Assembly: GCA_949297805.1 (NCBI GenBank)
Contig: CASFTG010000002.1
Coordinates: 15,871 to 79,870 of the forward strand
DNA: 64,000 bases
From: an uncultured bacterium
GTDB taxonomy: Bacteria > Bacillota_I > Bacilli_A > RFN20 > CAG-826
Reading direction: 5' to 3'
Every line of letters starts with the position of its first letter. Position 1 is the first letter of the stretch. This document shows positions 52,443 through 62,377 of the stretch, in pieces. Both the position numbers and the translations under genes were made by a program. The notes under the pieces were generated by a model. The model was given only the letters and a program-made list of their open reading frames with translations. It had not been told where the DNA came from and made no database searches.

Positions 52443-53111
52443 TTATTTCGCCGATTCGCTGGAATCGGATTTCTTTTTGAGTTCTTCGAGGATCGCCGTG
52501 AGGAGCTCTTCGGTGGTCGGCTTGGCCGGGGCTGGGGCCTCGGGGACCGGACGTTCTTCCGGATGCTTCTCGTAGTAGGCTTCCAAGGCTTGGGCCTTGA
52601 GGGCTTCCCGCTTCTTCTGGAGGTAATTGACGACTTTGATGATGACAAAGAGGGTCAAGGCGATGATGAGGAAGGAGATGATGGCGTTGATGAAGGCACC
52701 CCAATCGATGATGGCGGCGTTGCTGAAGTAATAGGAGCCGCCGTGTTTGGTATACATGGCAGCAATGGTGTTGTTGAAACCAGTACCATCAGCATTTTGG
52801 GAAAGAGCCAGCCATTCAGTGGTGCTATAAACCTGCTTTAAAGGCTCGCCACCAAGCATAATGTTGCTCGGAGCTTTTTGGTTTTCGTTAGCCGCCGGCA
52901 AGACGGTGACTAAGCCGGATAAGCCGCCCGGGACGCCCCAGGTGCAGACCGACATTAAGATCGAGGTGAAGGCCGTGACGATGGCATTGAAGGCGCCGCC
53001 GATGATAACGCCGACGGCCAGATCGAGGATGTTACCCCGCGAGATGAAGGCTTTGAATTCCTTCCACCATGTTTTGACGGTGGAGTTCTTTTTGGTTTTT
53101 TCTTTGGACAT
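52443..53111 (-). CDS. mscL: Large-conductance mechanosensitive channel with extended loop and tail
   Basis: KEFKAFISRGNILDLAVGVIIGGAFNAIV TM1 signature. 222 aa, longer than the typical ~140 aa. Confidence 0.8.
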   Translation of the reverse strand: MSKEKTKKNSTVKTWWKEFKAFISRGNILDLAVGVIIGGAFNAIVTAFTSILMSVCTWGVPGGLSGLVTVLPAANENQKAPSNIMLGGEPLKQVYSTTEWLALSQNADGTGFNNTIAAMYTKHGGSYYFSNAAIIDWGAFINAIISFLIIALTLFVIIKVVNYLQKKREALKAQALEAYYEKHPEERPVPEAPAPAKPTTEELLTAILEELKKKSDSSESAK

Positions 53112-53313
53112 AGTTTTTTCCGCTCCCGGCGGTGATTATGCCGGATTGCCTAAGCAATGTTAAACTATTTATTCAGATTTTAGCCTTTCCCATTCTTGCC
53201 TAGAGTTTAGCCTTAATTCAAAAGAATCGCAGTTTAAAACAAAAAGCCCGCAAAACAATGGTTCCGCGAAAGAAATTGACTAAAATCGTAGGCGTATCTA
53301 ATATTCTAGGCGT

Positions 53314-54066
53314 ATGCAAATTTTATCTTCTATTCAGGAATTCGACTGGCTCAGCATCCTCTACATCGTCATCATCCTCCTGACCTTATTGATTGGTTTC
53401 TGGAAAGGTGGGATGAAGACCCTTTTCACCATTATCTCCTTGGGTCTTGCGGTTGGCGCTTGTTTCCTGCTAGCCAATCCGGTTGGCAAAGCATTAGAAG
53501 AATCGGCAGTCGGGGAAAAGATATATGGCGCTCTTAACGAGAACATCGGGACGTTACTCAAAGCCATACCCAGCTTCACTGCTAATAACGAAGCGGTTTT
53601 AGGTGAGGTCCTAAGCGACCTCCACATCCCCGAGTTTGTCCATGGACCGTTAATCGAAGCGTTGCAATCCGCCCTCGCGGATAAGCCCCTCGCCTCGGCT
53701 GGGGAAACGATTGCCAGCACCCTGACCTCAATTTTCTGCTCCGGCTTAGCCTATATCATCGTCTTTCTAATTGCCTTCATCGTCATCCGCTTCCTCATTT
53801 GGGTCATTTGCCTAATCGTGAAGAAAGGGCGAACCAAGCCAACTCTCTTCTCTCGTCTACTAGGCTTAGTCCTTGGGGCCGTCAAAGCCTTCGCTATCTG
53901 CTGGGTCATCTCCCTCGTCGTGACTTTGCTCATCTCCTCCGGGTCGGGATTCGGCAACTACCTCGCCGACATCATCGGAATCAACGAGGATGGTTTCTCA
54001 ATCGCCAAGTGGTTCATTGAGACCGACCTTGGTTATTCAAAGGTCATCGGATTTTTCGCCAAATAA
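53314..54066 (+). CDS. CvpA-family membrane protein
   Basis: 250 aa, 4-5 TM, N-terminal CvpA-like helix pattern. Confidence 0.5.
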   Translation: MQILSSIQEFDWLSILYIVIILLTLLIGFWKGGMKTLFTIISLGLAVGACFLLANPVGKALEESAVGEKIYGALNENIGTLLKAIPSFTANNEAVLGEVLSDLHIPEFVHGPLIEALQSALADKPLASAGETIASTLTSIFCSGLAYIIVFLIAFIVIRFLIWVICLIVKKGRTKPTLFSRLLGLVLGAVKAFAICWVISLVVTLLISSGSGFGNYLADIIGINEDGFSIAKWFIETDLGYSKVIGFFAK

Positions 54067-54159
54067 CGCCGAAAAATCGAACCTGGCTTCAACCATTTTG
54101 TATTCGTTCCGTCAACCGAAAATCAGTTGTTCCGATAAACACACTAATATTCTGGAAAT

Positions 54160-54176
54160 CCTATACACTGTATAGG
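54160..54176. promoter_or_regulatory. 8-bp inverted repeat with 1-nt spacer (CCTATACA c TGTATAGG) ~280 bp upstream of nrdD
   Basis: Read directly. Perfect dyad. Candidate operator. Confidence 0.3.
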
Positions 54177-54458
54177 GTTTTCAATTTTATATAGAGGCGT
54201 TTTATCTTCTGATTCCCACTAAATATCTACTAATCGTTCTTTTTAGTATCGATGGATAAAGCGTTTTTGATAAATCAATAGGTAAGTCAACCCCTTTGAA
54301 AAGTTCCACGGAGGAAGCAGAGCATATGATTTGATTTTTGGTTTCAGGCTCCTAGAATAACCCTCGCACGACCCCTAAAGGGTGAGGGCTCAACTAGCGA
54401 GAGGGAAACGCCATGAGCCTTTCGAACCCCGTCGGGGGAAGGGAATGGAGTAAGTAAT

Positions 54459-56837
54459 ATGCTGCAAGTTGTCAAACGCGACGGGACCTTAGTGCCCTTC
54501 GATCTGAAGAAAATCCAATCCGCGATGTCCCGGGCTTTCACCGCCGAGAACAAAACCATCAGCGATGATGTTATCGAACTATTGGCCCTCCGGGTCACCT
54601 CGGTTTTCAATAGCAAGGTCCACAATGACCAAATTGGCGTTGAGGACATCCAAGACGCGGTTGAAATCGTCTTGATCCAGGCTGGCTATGTCGATGTCGC
54701 TAAATCCTATATGGATTACCGGACCAAGCGGGCGGCCTTACGTCAAGTCAAGAGCACCACCCTCGACTTTAAAAACGTCGTTGATTCCTACCTCAAAGTC
54801 GCCGACTGGCGGGTTAAGGAAAACTCGACCGTCACTTATTCGGTTGGTGGGCTGATCCTTTCCAACTCCGGCGCCGTCACCGCCAACTACTGGTTAAGTG
54901 AAGTCTATGACAAAGACATCGCCGACGCTCACCGGAATGCCGACATCCATATCCATGACCTTTCGATGCTGACCGGCTACTGCGCCGGCTGGTCCTTGAA
55001 GCAATTGATCAAGGAAGGCTTAGGCGGCGTGCCGGGCAAGATCACCAGCGCCCCCGCCAAGCACCTCATGACCCTTTGCAACCAGATGGTCAACTTCCTC
55101 GGCATCATGCAAAACGAATGGGCCGGCGCCCAGGCGTTCTCCTCCTTCGATACTTACCTCGCTCCGTTCGTCAAAGTCGACCACCTCTCTTATTCCGAAG
55201 TCAAACAGTGCATCCAATCCTTCATCTTCGGGGTCAATACCCCCTCGCGTTGGGGCACCCAGTCGCCGTTTACCAACATCACCCTCGACTGGACCGTCCC
55301 CGATGATATGGCCAATCTCCCGGCCATCGTCGGCGGGAAGGAAATGGACTTCACCTATGGCGATTGCAAAGAGGAGATGGCGATGGTCAACAAAGCCTTC
55401 ATCGAGACCATGATCGAAGGCGACGCCAATGGCCGGGGCTTCCAATATCCGATCCCGACCTACTCCATCACCAAGGACTTCGATTGGTCGGCCACCGAGA
55501 ACAATAAGCTTCTCTTCACCATGACCGCCAAATACGGCACCCCCTACTTCTCCAACTATATCAACTCTGATATGAAGCCGAGCGACGTCCGCTCGATGTG
55601 CTGCCGGCTCCGGCTCGATCTCCGCGAGCTCCGCAAGAAAAGCGGCGGTTACTTCGGCTCGGGCGAAAGCACCGGCTCGGTCGGCGTCGTCACCATCAAC
55701 ATGCCGCGGATCGCTTATCTAGCCACCGATAAGGAAGATTTCTATGCCCGACTTGACCGCTTGATGGACCTCTCGGCCCGCTCACTCAAAGTCAAACGGG
55801 AAACCGTCTCCCGCTTGCTCGAAGCCGGCCTCTATCCTTACACCAAGCATTACCTTGGCTCCTTCAACAACCACTTCTCGACCATCGGGTTAGTTGGCAT
55901 GAACGAAGCCTGCCTCAATGCCCGTTGGATCAGAGCCGATCTCACTCATAAGGAAGCGCAGGAGTTCACCGTCGAAGTCCTCAACCACATGCGGACCCGC
56001 CTCTCTGATTACCAAGAGAAATACGGCGACCTCTATAACCTCGAGGCTACCCCGGCCGAATCGACCGCCTATCGGTTAGCCAAGCACGACAAGGAACGGT
56101 ATCCGGACATCATCACCGCCTCCAAAGACGGCGATACCCCGTTCTATACCAACTCCTCGCACTTGCCAGTCGGCTTCACCTCCGACATCTTCGAGGCCCT
56201 CGATATCGAGGATCAGTTCCAGACCCTCTATACCTCCGGCACCGTCTTCCACGCCTTCTTAGGGCAGAGGCTCCCGAACTGGGAATCCTGCATGAAGCTG
56301 GTCCGGAAGATCGCCGAGAACTACAAACTCCCCTACTACACCATGTCCCCGACCTACTCGGTCTGCGAAGACCATGGCTACATCACCGGGGAAGAATACA
56401 AGTGCCCCATCTGCGGCAAGGAAACCGAGGTCTACTCCCGGATCACCGGTTACTACCGGCCGGTCAAGAACTGGAACGCCGGCAAGTCCCAGGAATTCAA
56501 GATGCGGAAGACCTACGATATGAGCAAGTCCTCCGACGTCCATGTCCATGATGGCGCCTGCTGCCAGTTCGGTGAGCAGAAGAACGCGGCTCCCAAACTC
56601 AATGAGATCCTCCTCTTCACCTCTCCGACCTGCCCCAACTGCAAGATGGCCAAGATGCTCCTTGATAAGTCCGGCATTCATTACCATATGATCGACGCGA
56701 CCACCAACGTTGAGACGACCAAGGCCTATGGGGTCAAACAAGCCCCGACCCTCGTCGTCCCCAATGGCGACTCCTACTCGACCTACGAGAACGCCTCTCT
56801 CATCAAAGGCTACATCGACTCGACCAAAGCCAACTAA
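54459..56837 (+). CDS. nrdD: Anaerobic (class III) ribonucleoside-triphosphate reductase fused to a C-terminal glutaredoxin/NrdH-like domain
   Basis: Glycyl-radical motif RITGYY and zinc ribbon CEDHGY...CPICG. Extra ~100-aa tail with thioredoxin-fold CPNC active site. Confidence 0.85.
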   Translation: MLQVVKRDGTLVPFDLKKIQSAMSRAFTAENKTISDDVIELLALRVTSVFNSKVHNDQIGVEDIQDAVEIVLIQAGYVDVAKSYMDYRTKRAALRQVKSTTLDFKNVVDSYLKVADWRVKENSTVTYSVGGLILSNSGAVTANYWLSEVYDKDIADAHRNADIHIHDLSMLTGYCAGWSLKQLIKEGLGGVPGKITSAPAKHLMTLCNQMVNFLGIMQNEWAGAQAFSSFDTYLAPFVKVDHLSYSEVKQCIQSFIFGVNTPSRWGTQSPFTNITLDWTVPDDMANLPAIVGGKEMDFTYGDCKEEMAMVNKAFIETMIEGDANGRGFQYPIPTYSITKDFDWSATENNKLLFTMTAKYGTPYFSNYINSDMKPSDVRSMCCRLRLDLRELRKKSGGYFGSGESTGSVGVVTINMPRIAYLATDKEDFYARLDRLMDLSARSLKVKRETVSRLLEAGLYPYTKHYLGSFNNHFSTIGLVGMNEACLNARWIRADLTHKEAQEFTVEVLNHMRTRLSDYQEKYGDLYNLEATPAESTAYRLAKHDKERYPDIITASKDGDTPFYTNSSHLPVGFTSDIFEALDIEDQFQTLYTSGTVFHAFLGQRLPNWESCMKLVRKIAENYKLPYYTMSPTYSVCEDHGYITGEEYKCPICGKETEVYSRITGYYRPVKNWNAGKSQEFKMRKTYDMSKSSDVHVHDGACCQFGEQKNAAPKLNEILLFTSPTCPNCKMAKMLLDKSGIHYHMIDATTNVETTKAYGVKQAPTLVVPNGDSYSTYENASLIKGYIDSTKAN

Positions 56838-56884
56838 AATAATAAGGCTTCCCTAACCGGAGGCCTTTTTACGAAAGGAATACT

Positions 56885-57793
56885 ATGCACGACGTCATCA
56901 TCATCGGCGCCGGCCCCGCCGGCTTAAGCGCCGCTCTATATTTGCTTCGGAGCAACCTCGATGTCTTATTGATTGAGAAGGAAGGCATCGGGGGCCAGAT
57001 CGCCAAATCGCCAAGGTTAGAGAATTACCCGGCCATCGAATCCATCTCCGGGATGGAATGGGCCGATAAACTATTCAATCAAATCGATAACCTCGGGGTC
57101 CATTTCGACTTCGGGGAAGTCACCACCATCAAAAAGCTCGGCGAGGCCCATTTCCAAGTCGATTATGGAACAATAGAGGAAAGCAAAGCCGTCATCATCG
57201 CCAGCGGCGTCTCCCATCGAAACCTCGGCCTCCCCAAAGAAGAGCAATTCGTCGGCCATGGCCTTAGTTACTGCGCCACCTGTGATGGGGCCTTCTATAA
57301 GGACCAAGACGTCTTGGTCGTCGGCGATGGCAACACCGCCGTCCAATATGCCATCTCCTTGGCTAATTTATGCAAGAAAGTCACGATTTGCACACTTTTT
57401 GATAAATTCTTTGCCGATGAAATCATCGTGCAACGGATGGAAAGCCTGCCGAATGTCGTCATTCGCCATAACCTGGAATCAAAGGAATTATTAGGCGAAA
57501 AAGAATTAACCGGCGTCCGGTTTCTAAATAAGGAAAGCGGCGAAATGGAGACACTAAACGCCGATGGGGTATTCGTCGCCATCGGGCAGGTCCCCCATAA
57601 CGAAGCCTTCGCCCCCTTAGTCGACTTAGAAAAAGGCTTCATCACCGTCGATGAGGATATGCAAACCAAGACGCCGGGACTTTTTGCCGCCGGAGATTGC
57701 CGGGCAAAGAAAACGCGGCAGGTCGTAACCGCCGTCTCGGACGGGGCGATCGCCGCGGTGTCGGCTGAGAAATACCTCAGTCGTAATTCCTAA
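56885..57793 (+). CDS. trxB: Thioredoxin reductase
   Basis: 302 aa. FAD GxGxxG, redox CATC, NADPH site. Confidence 0.9.
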   Translation: MHDVIIIGAGPAGLSAALYLLRSNLDVLLIEKEGIGGQIAKSPRLENYPAIESISGMEWADKLFNQIDNLGVHFDFGEVTTIKKLGEAHFQVDYGTIEESKAVIIASGVSHRNLGLPKEEQFVGHGLSYCATCDGAFYKDQDVLVVGDGNTAVQYAISLANLCKKVTICTLFDKFFADEIIVQRMESLPNVVIRHNLESKELLGEKELTGVRFLNKESGEMETLNADGVFVAIGQVPHNEAFAPLVDLEKGFITVDEDMQTKTPGLFAAGDCRAKKTRQVVTAVSDGAIAAVSAEKYLSRNS

Positions 57794-58469
57794 GCTTTGT
57801 ATTGGGAACGAATTCACTAGCCGCGAGGCGGAGCGCTTCCGCCTCTTTTTTGTCGAAAGCGTGGAACCCATGTTCCAGACACCCTTCCCGGTCAATATAC
57901 ATCTGAAGGAAGTATTTCTTGGCTCCAGCGATTAACCGGGCCGCCCCCTTTATCGATTCCTCGTCATGGAATTCCTTGATGATGGTGGTCCGGAATTCGT
58001 ATTCCAAGCCGGAGTTCATAATAAGACTTACCGAGCGTTTAATCCGGTCGATCTCAAAATAGGATAAGCCAGCGGTTCCCGCGTACCTTTCGGGCGAGTT
58101 TTTGATGTCCATGGCAATATAGTCGACGAGGCCCTTATTAATCGCTTCCTCGATTATCTCCGGCCGATAGCCATTGGTATCGAGCTTGACCTTATAGCCA
58201 TAGGATTTGATCTCTGAAAGTTTTTCGAGGATATCGTCCATCAAAGTCGGCTCGCCGCCAGAGACGCAGACGCCTTCAAGGACGCCCTGCCGCTTCCGAA
58301 GGTAATCCTGGATATCCAACCAAGGGATATAGTTAACGTCTTGGCCTAAGACCAAAGCGCCGTTATGACAAAAGGGGCAACGGAAATTGCAATGGGCGCA
58401 GAATAAAGTCGAGGTGACGTAATCGTCGAAATCGACTAGGGAGAGTTTCTCCCAGCCGGAGAAATCCAT
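57777..58469 (-). CDS. nrdG: Anaerobic ribonucleotide reductase activating protein (radical SAM)
   Basis: CAHCNFRCPFCHN radical-SAM cluster near N-terminus. Convergent with trxB, adjacent to nrdD. Confidence 0.8.
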   Translation of the reverse strand: MDFSGWEKLSLVDFDDYVTSTLFCAHCNFRCPFCHNGALVLGQDVNYIPWLDIQDYLRKRQGVLEGVCVSGGEPTLMDDILEKLSEIKSYGYKVKLDTNGYRPEIIEEAINKGLVDYIAMDIKNSPERYAGTAGLSYFEIDRIKRSVSLIMNSGLEYEFRTTIIKEFHDEESIKGAARLIAGAKKYFLQMYIDREGCLEHGFHAFDKKEAEALRLAASEFVPNTKLRNYD

Positions 58470-58474
58470 AAGGT

Positions 58475-59305
58475 TTATTCTTCGTTGGGTTTATCTTCGG
58501 AAGCCGTTTCTTCCGGTTTATCGGCATTGTCGTCGGCCGGTTCTTCCTTGGCGTCAGATTCGTCGCTCTTTTCTTCACTCGAGGTCTCTTCCGTCTTGGT
58601 TTCCTCGACGGGGGTTTCTTCTTTCTTTTCTTCCGTGGTCGGTTCCTCAGTCTCGACCTCCACCACTTCCTTGTTCATCGAAGCAGTCGCTTTCTCGGCT
58701 TTCTCCGCCCGTTTGATCTCAACGTAATAGGCAATGGTCAAATAGAGGACCAACGCCCCAGCTAAAGCGAGGATGATCCCGAATAAGACCAAGAAGATGA
58801 CGAGGATATTCCGTTCGAGCAAGATGGCGGCGGTGATGCCCCCGGCGATCAACAAGACCCCGATGACGATTAAGACGATGTTCTTCCAGGTCTCGCCGGC
58901 TTTCTTAACTAAATAGACAATGGCATAGACGATGGCGACCAATCCAGCGATGGCCACAAGCGTGCCAATGAAGATACCGATGAAATGGAAGACGATGGTG
59001 GCCGATTCCAAATCGGTCCCGATGACCACAAGCAAGACGCCGCAGGCCATTTCCAAGGCCCCGGTGACCGCTTGCCCGTAAGTGGTCTTGATCAGGGTGA
59101 CATCACCGATATTGACGACCGATACGACGTCTAAGACAATTCGCAGCACCGCATCGGCGATGACTAAGCAGCCAATCGTCAAGATGATGGCGTTTTGGAA
59201 CCCTTTGTTTTGGCAATAGGCCATCGCGAGGACGCCCGCGACGATAAGCAGCAACGCCTCGAATATGTTAAGCAACAACCAGCCGAGTTTCCCTTTTCTG
59301 AACAT
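58475..59305 (-). CDS. DUF308/HdeD-like membrane protein with acidic C-terminal tail
   Basis: 276 aa, 6 TM, E/T/K-rich tail. Confidence 0.45.
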   Translation of the reverse strand: MFRKGKLGWLLLNIFEALLLIVAGVLAMAYCQNKGFQNAIILTIGCLVIADAVLRIVLDVVSVVNIGDVTLIKTTYGQAVTGALEMACGVLLVVIGTDLESATIVFHFIGIFIGTLVAIAGLVAIVYAIVYLVKKAGETWKNIVLIVIGVLLIAGGITAAILLERNILVIFLVLFGIILALAGALVLYLTIAYYVEIKRAEKAEKATASMNKEVVEVETEEPTTEEKKEETPVEETKTEETSSEEKSDESDAKEEPADDNADKPEETASEDKPNEE

Positions 59306-59317
59306 GACTTTTCCTCC

Positions 59318-60097
59318 TTATTCTTTGTCCTTCGACTCGATTTGCTTCGGGTCGGAGGAAGGTATCTCTATGATATCGCCTTTCTTAAGCTTTTTGTGCT
59401 CTTTCTTGCTTGATTTCTTCCCTTGTTCGGGTTGCTCGAAATCAAAAACCTCGACATCCTCGATTGGGACGACGTAATTGGCTTTCTTCGCCTTCCGAAG
59501 AGAGATACCGGTGATGATGGCCTGGGCTAAGCCAGCGACGCCCATGACCGCCCCGATGACGATCAAGGTCACCTTGTTCCGCATTCCGATATCCGAACCA
59601 TAATAGAGAAGGATAATGGTTAAGCCGATGGCCAAGAGGATGGCCCCGAAGATAATCTCGACGATCGGCATGAAGAAGGTTGGGGCGTTTTTCCGCGCGA
59701 TCATCAATATCGAGAAGAGAATGAAGAGGAAGCCAATGACGAGCAACAAGACCCCAAGGAAATTGACGATGATATCGATGAAGGCCTTATGCATGATGGC
59801 GACCACCACCCCGGCCGTGATCTCGAATCCCCCGATCAGCATAATGGAGGAATCGGGGCTCTTTTTCTGCTTGGTCATGACCATGACGATCCGCAAGACC
59901 CCGTCCATGGCGATGAACACCCCAACCACGATGGCTAAGACCGTCTGAATCGGGGATTGGTCAGGATTATCCTTGGTAAAAAGGATGGCGACGACGATCG
60001 AAAGGGCGCCGGCGGCCATCAATAAGAACGCCTCAATCAGGTTCCACGCCCCCCAAAGGTGGGATATCTTCTTTTGCTTTTCGTTATCCATATTCAA
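59318..60097 (-). CDS. DUF308/HdeD-like membrane protein (paralog)
   Basis: 259 aa, similar TM pattern to the preceding gene. Confidence 0.45.
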   Translation of the reverse strand: MNMDNEKQKKISHLWGAWNLIEAFLLMAAGALSIVVAILFTKDNPDQSPIQTVLAIVVGVFIAMDGVLRIVMVMTKQKKSPDSSIMLIGGFEITAGVVVAIMHKAFIDIIVNFLGVLLLVIGFLFILFSILMIARKNAPTFFMPIVEIIFGAILLAIGLTIILLYYGSDIGMRNKVTLIVIGAVMGVAGLAQAIITGISLRKAKKANYVVPIEDVEVFDFEQPEQGKKSSKKEHKKLKKGDIIEIPSSDPKQIESKDKE

Positions 60098-60166
60098 ATT
60101 CGTTTGTGGTTTCTAGAAATTCGCTTAAAGTATATCGCGTCAAGAAAGGACTGGAAGTAAAAAGCC

Positions 60167-61393
60167 ATGAAAAAAGCCATTCTTAAATCCTATGCCAAGT
60201 TGATCGTCCGTTCGGGTTTGGCCGTTAAACCGGGCCAAGCCGTCATCATCAAAGCCAACGTCGATCAAGAGGCGTTCGCCGCCATGGTGGCTAAGGAATG
60301 CTATAACGCCGGAGCCAGCCGGGTCGTGATGAACTGGCAATCGGAGAAACTAAACCGGATCGATTTGAAGAAAGGGCATCTCCGCCCCTTCTTGAAGAAC
60401 CTGCCCCAAGAGGTCGCCTATCAGCAATGGTTCACCGAGGCCTTGCCCTGCTTCCTCTGGCTCGATTCCGATGACCCCGATGCTTTAAAAGGCACCGACC
60501 CGAAGAAAGCCGCTCGGATCAAGGCGGCTAAAAACGCTGAAGTCGAGCCGCTCATCAAGAAACGGGAGAACCGTTATCAATGGTGCATCGCCGCCATCCC
60601 GAGCGAGAAATGGGCCAAGAAGGTGTTCCCCGAATTGACCAAAGCCGAAGGGATGAAGAAACTTTGGGAAGCGATACTCGTCGCCTCGAGAGCCTATACC
60701 GGTGACCCGATTGCCAATTGGGAAGACCATGACCACATCCTCAAGCAAAAGTGCGCAAAACTCAATTCGTTGCATTTGAAATCGCTCCATTACACCTCAA
60801 GCAACGGGACCGACTTGACCGTCGGCCTTAACCCCGACGTCATTTGGCTTGGGGGCGGGGAGACCACCGTCAGCGGCGCCTATTTCCAACCCAATATCCC
60901 GAGCGAAGAATGCTTCACCTCGCCGATCAAAGGCCTGGCCGAAGGCATCGTCTACGCCTCGAAGCCCTTAGCCTATCAAGGCCACTTAGTTAAAAACTTC
61001 TGGATCCGTTTCCATGAAGGTAAAGCGGTCGAGGTTGGGGCGGAACAAGGTAAAGACGTCCTTGAATCGATCATCGCTCTTGATGAAGGGGCAGGGTATC
61101 TTGGCGAATGTGCCCTCGTGCCCTACGACTCCCCCATCAATAATACCGGCATCCTCTTCTACAATACCTTGTTCGACGAGAACGCCGCTTGCCATCTAGC
61201 CATCGGAAGGGGGTTCACCAACCTTTATCCGAACCACGATAAATACACCGACAAAGAACTGGAGGACTTCGGCATCAACTCCTCGATGAGCCACGTCGAC
61301 TTCATGATCGGCAACGCCGACTTAAAGATCGTCGGCACCACCGTCGACGGGAATGAGGTCACCATCTTCGATCAAGGCAATTGGGCGATTTAA
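60167..61393 (+). CDS. pepS: Aminopeptidase, M29 (PepS/AmpS) family
   Basis: 408 aa, MKKAILKSYAKLIVRSGLAVKPGQ... matches thermophilic metalloprotease M29 family. Confidence 0.75.
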   Translation: MKKAILKSYAKLIVRSGLAVKPGQAVIIKANVDQEAFAAMVAKECYNAGASRVVMNWQSEKLNRIDLKKGHLRPFLKNLPQEVAYQQWFTEALPCFLWLDSDDPDALKGTDPKKAARIKAAKNAEVEPLIKKRENRYQWCIAAIPSEKWAKKVFPELTKAEGMKKLWEAILVASRAYTGDPIANWEDHDHILKQKCAKLNSLHLKSLHYTSSNGTDLTVGLNPDVIWLGGGETTVSGAYFQPNIPSEECFTSPIKGLAEGIVYASKPLAYQGHLVKNFWIRFHEGKAVEVGAEQGKDVLESIIALDEGAGYLGECALVPYDSPINNTGILFYNTLFDENAACHLAIGRGFTNLYPNHDKYTDKELEDFGINSSMSHVDFMIGNADLKIVGTTVDGNEVTIFDQGNWAI

Positions 61394-61402
61394 TCCCTAA
61401 AC

Positions 61403-61969
61403 TTAGTAACCTAATGGTCCGCAAGGGCCGTTTTCTTTATCGATCCGGGCTTTCTGCTCGGTGTAGAAACGTAAGAGTTCCTTGTCTTTCCCATCACGAG
61501 AAGCCCGTAAAAACTTTTTAAGCAACAAATCCCGATCAAGGTCATCCTCATTGTAATGATACCGTTCCTTCAATCGGTCAAGCCCCCATTCGAAGTCTTG
61601 AGTGTGGTATACGTAATAACGCCGGGCTAAATCCTTCATCGAGAAGATTTGGTAAAAGGCTGCCGAGGTCAACTGCCGGGTGTAGCAGACATAACGGGAA
61701 AAATAGCCGATCCATTCCATAACCGGCTCCGGCCATTTGACATGACCATATCCTTTATCGCCATATTGTTCCTTTAAGGCATCAAAAGCGGTCCCAAGAA
61801 GCTCATCGACTTGATACATTTTTGCTTTATCAAGAAAATAGGCAAAATCCGATTTCATGAACCGGCGAATGAAAACTGGGCTCGAGCACGAAAATTCCTC
61901 AGCCGAATTTAGAAATATGTTTGCTTGATATTCGGCTAACAAACGGCCAAATTCGTCGAACTCTCTCAT
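61403..61969 (-). CDS. Hypothetical protein (second gene of overlapping two-gene module)
   Basis: 188-aa ORF. ATGA overlap with the upstream gene. Confidence 0.45.
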   Translation of the reverse strand: MREFDEFGRLLAEYQANIFLNSAEEFSCSSPVFIRRFMKSDFAYFLDKAKMYQVDELLGTAFDALKEQYGDKGYGHVKWPEPVMEWIGYFSRYVCYTRQLTSAAFYQIFSMKDLARRYYVYHTQDFEWGLDRLKERYHYNEDDLDRDLLLKKFLRASRDGKDKELLRFYTEQKARIDKENGPCGPLGY

Positions 61970-62289
61970 TTCAAAATATCCTCGATATAGTCACCCTGAC
62001 CTTTAAAATTTCTTTTAGCTAATTTCAGTTTTCTTCGAATCTCCCGAGCCGAATCCTCTTGAACTAATGCACAATGTGATTTTTCACCATCGGACAAAAA
62101 CAGCCGTTCGCAAAAGAACAGGCAAGAAACTGCTTTGGGGGTTTTGATAACATACTGCTTACCAAGGCGCGAAGCCGACAGAGCGTGTTGAGCTTCAATA
62201 TCAGTAATGTCACCATTAGCAAATTGTCCCATTATGGTAAACATACGATTGTCGGCGATGGGAGCAATGATTAAATCGGCTGCTTGCAC
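61966..62289 (-). CDS. Hypothetical protein (first gene of overlapping two-gene module)
   Basis: 107-aa ORF with GTG start. AT-rich region. Confidence 0.4.
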   Translation of the reverse strand: MQAADLIIAPIADNRMFTIMGQFANGDITDIEAQHALSASRLGKQYVIKTPKAVSCLFFCERLFLSDGEKSHCALVQEDSAREIRRKLKLAKRNFKGQGDYIEDILK

Positions 62290-62362
62290 GCGATCGATCT
62301 GTTCTTTTATTGAAAATGCATGAAAAAACGTATCAAAATATTTTATAAACTCTTACAAACCT

Positions 62363-62377
62363 TTGAAAGCGATTACA
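62363..62377. promoter_or_regulatory. cre-like element TTGAAAGCGATTACA (perfect fit to WTGNAANCGNWNNCW)
   Basis: Read directly. A second cre-like site lies at 62426..62440 (TTGAAAGCCTTTTCA, one mismatch). Confidence 0.35.

Noticed and set aside
54140-54176. NrdR boxes upstream of nrdD.
   Set aside because: Neither ACACACTAATATTCTG nor the 54160 dyad fits the acaCwAtATaTwGtgt consensus or the usual two-box arrangement.
54361-54400. T-box-like AAAGGGTGAGGGCT in the nrdD leader.
   Set aside because: Only partial resemblance to the T-box antiterminator consensus (AGGGTGGNACCGCG). nrdD is not an expected T-box target.
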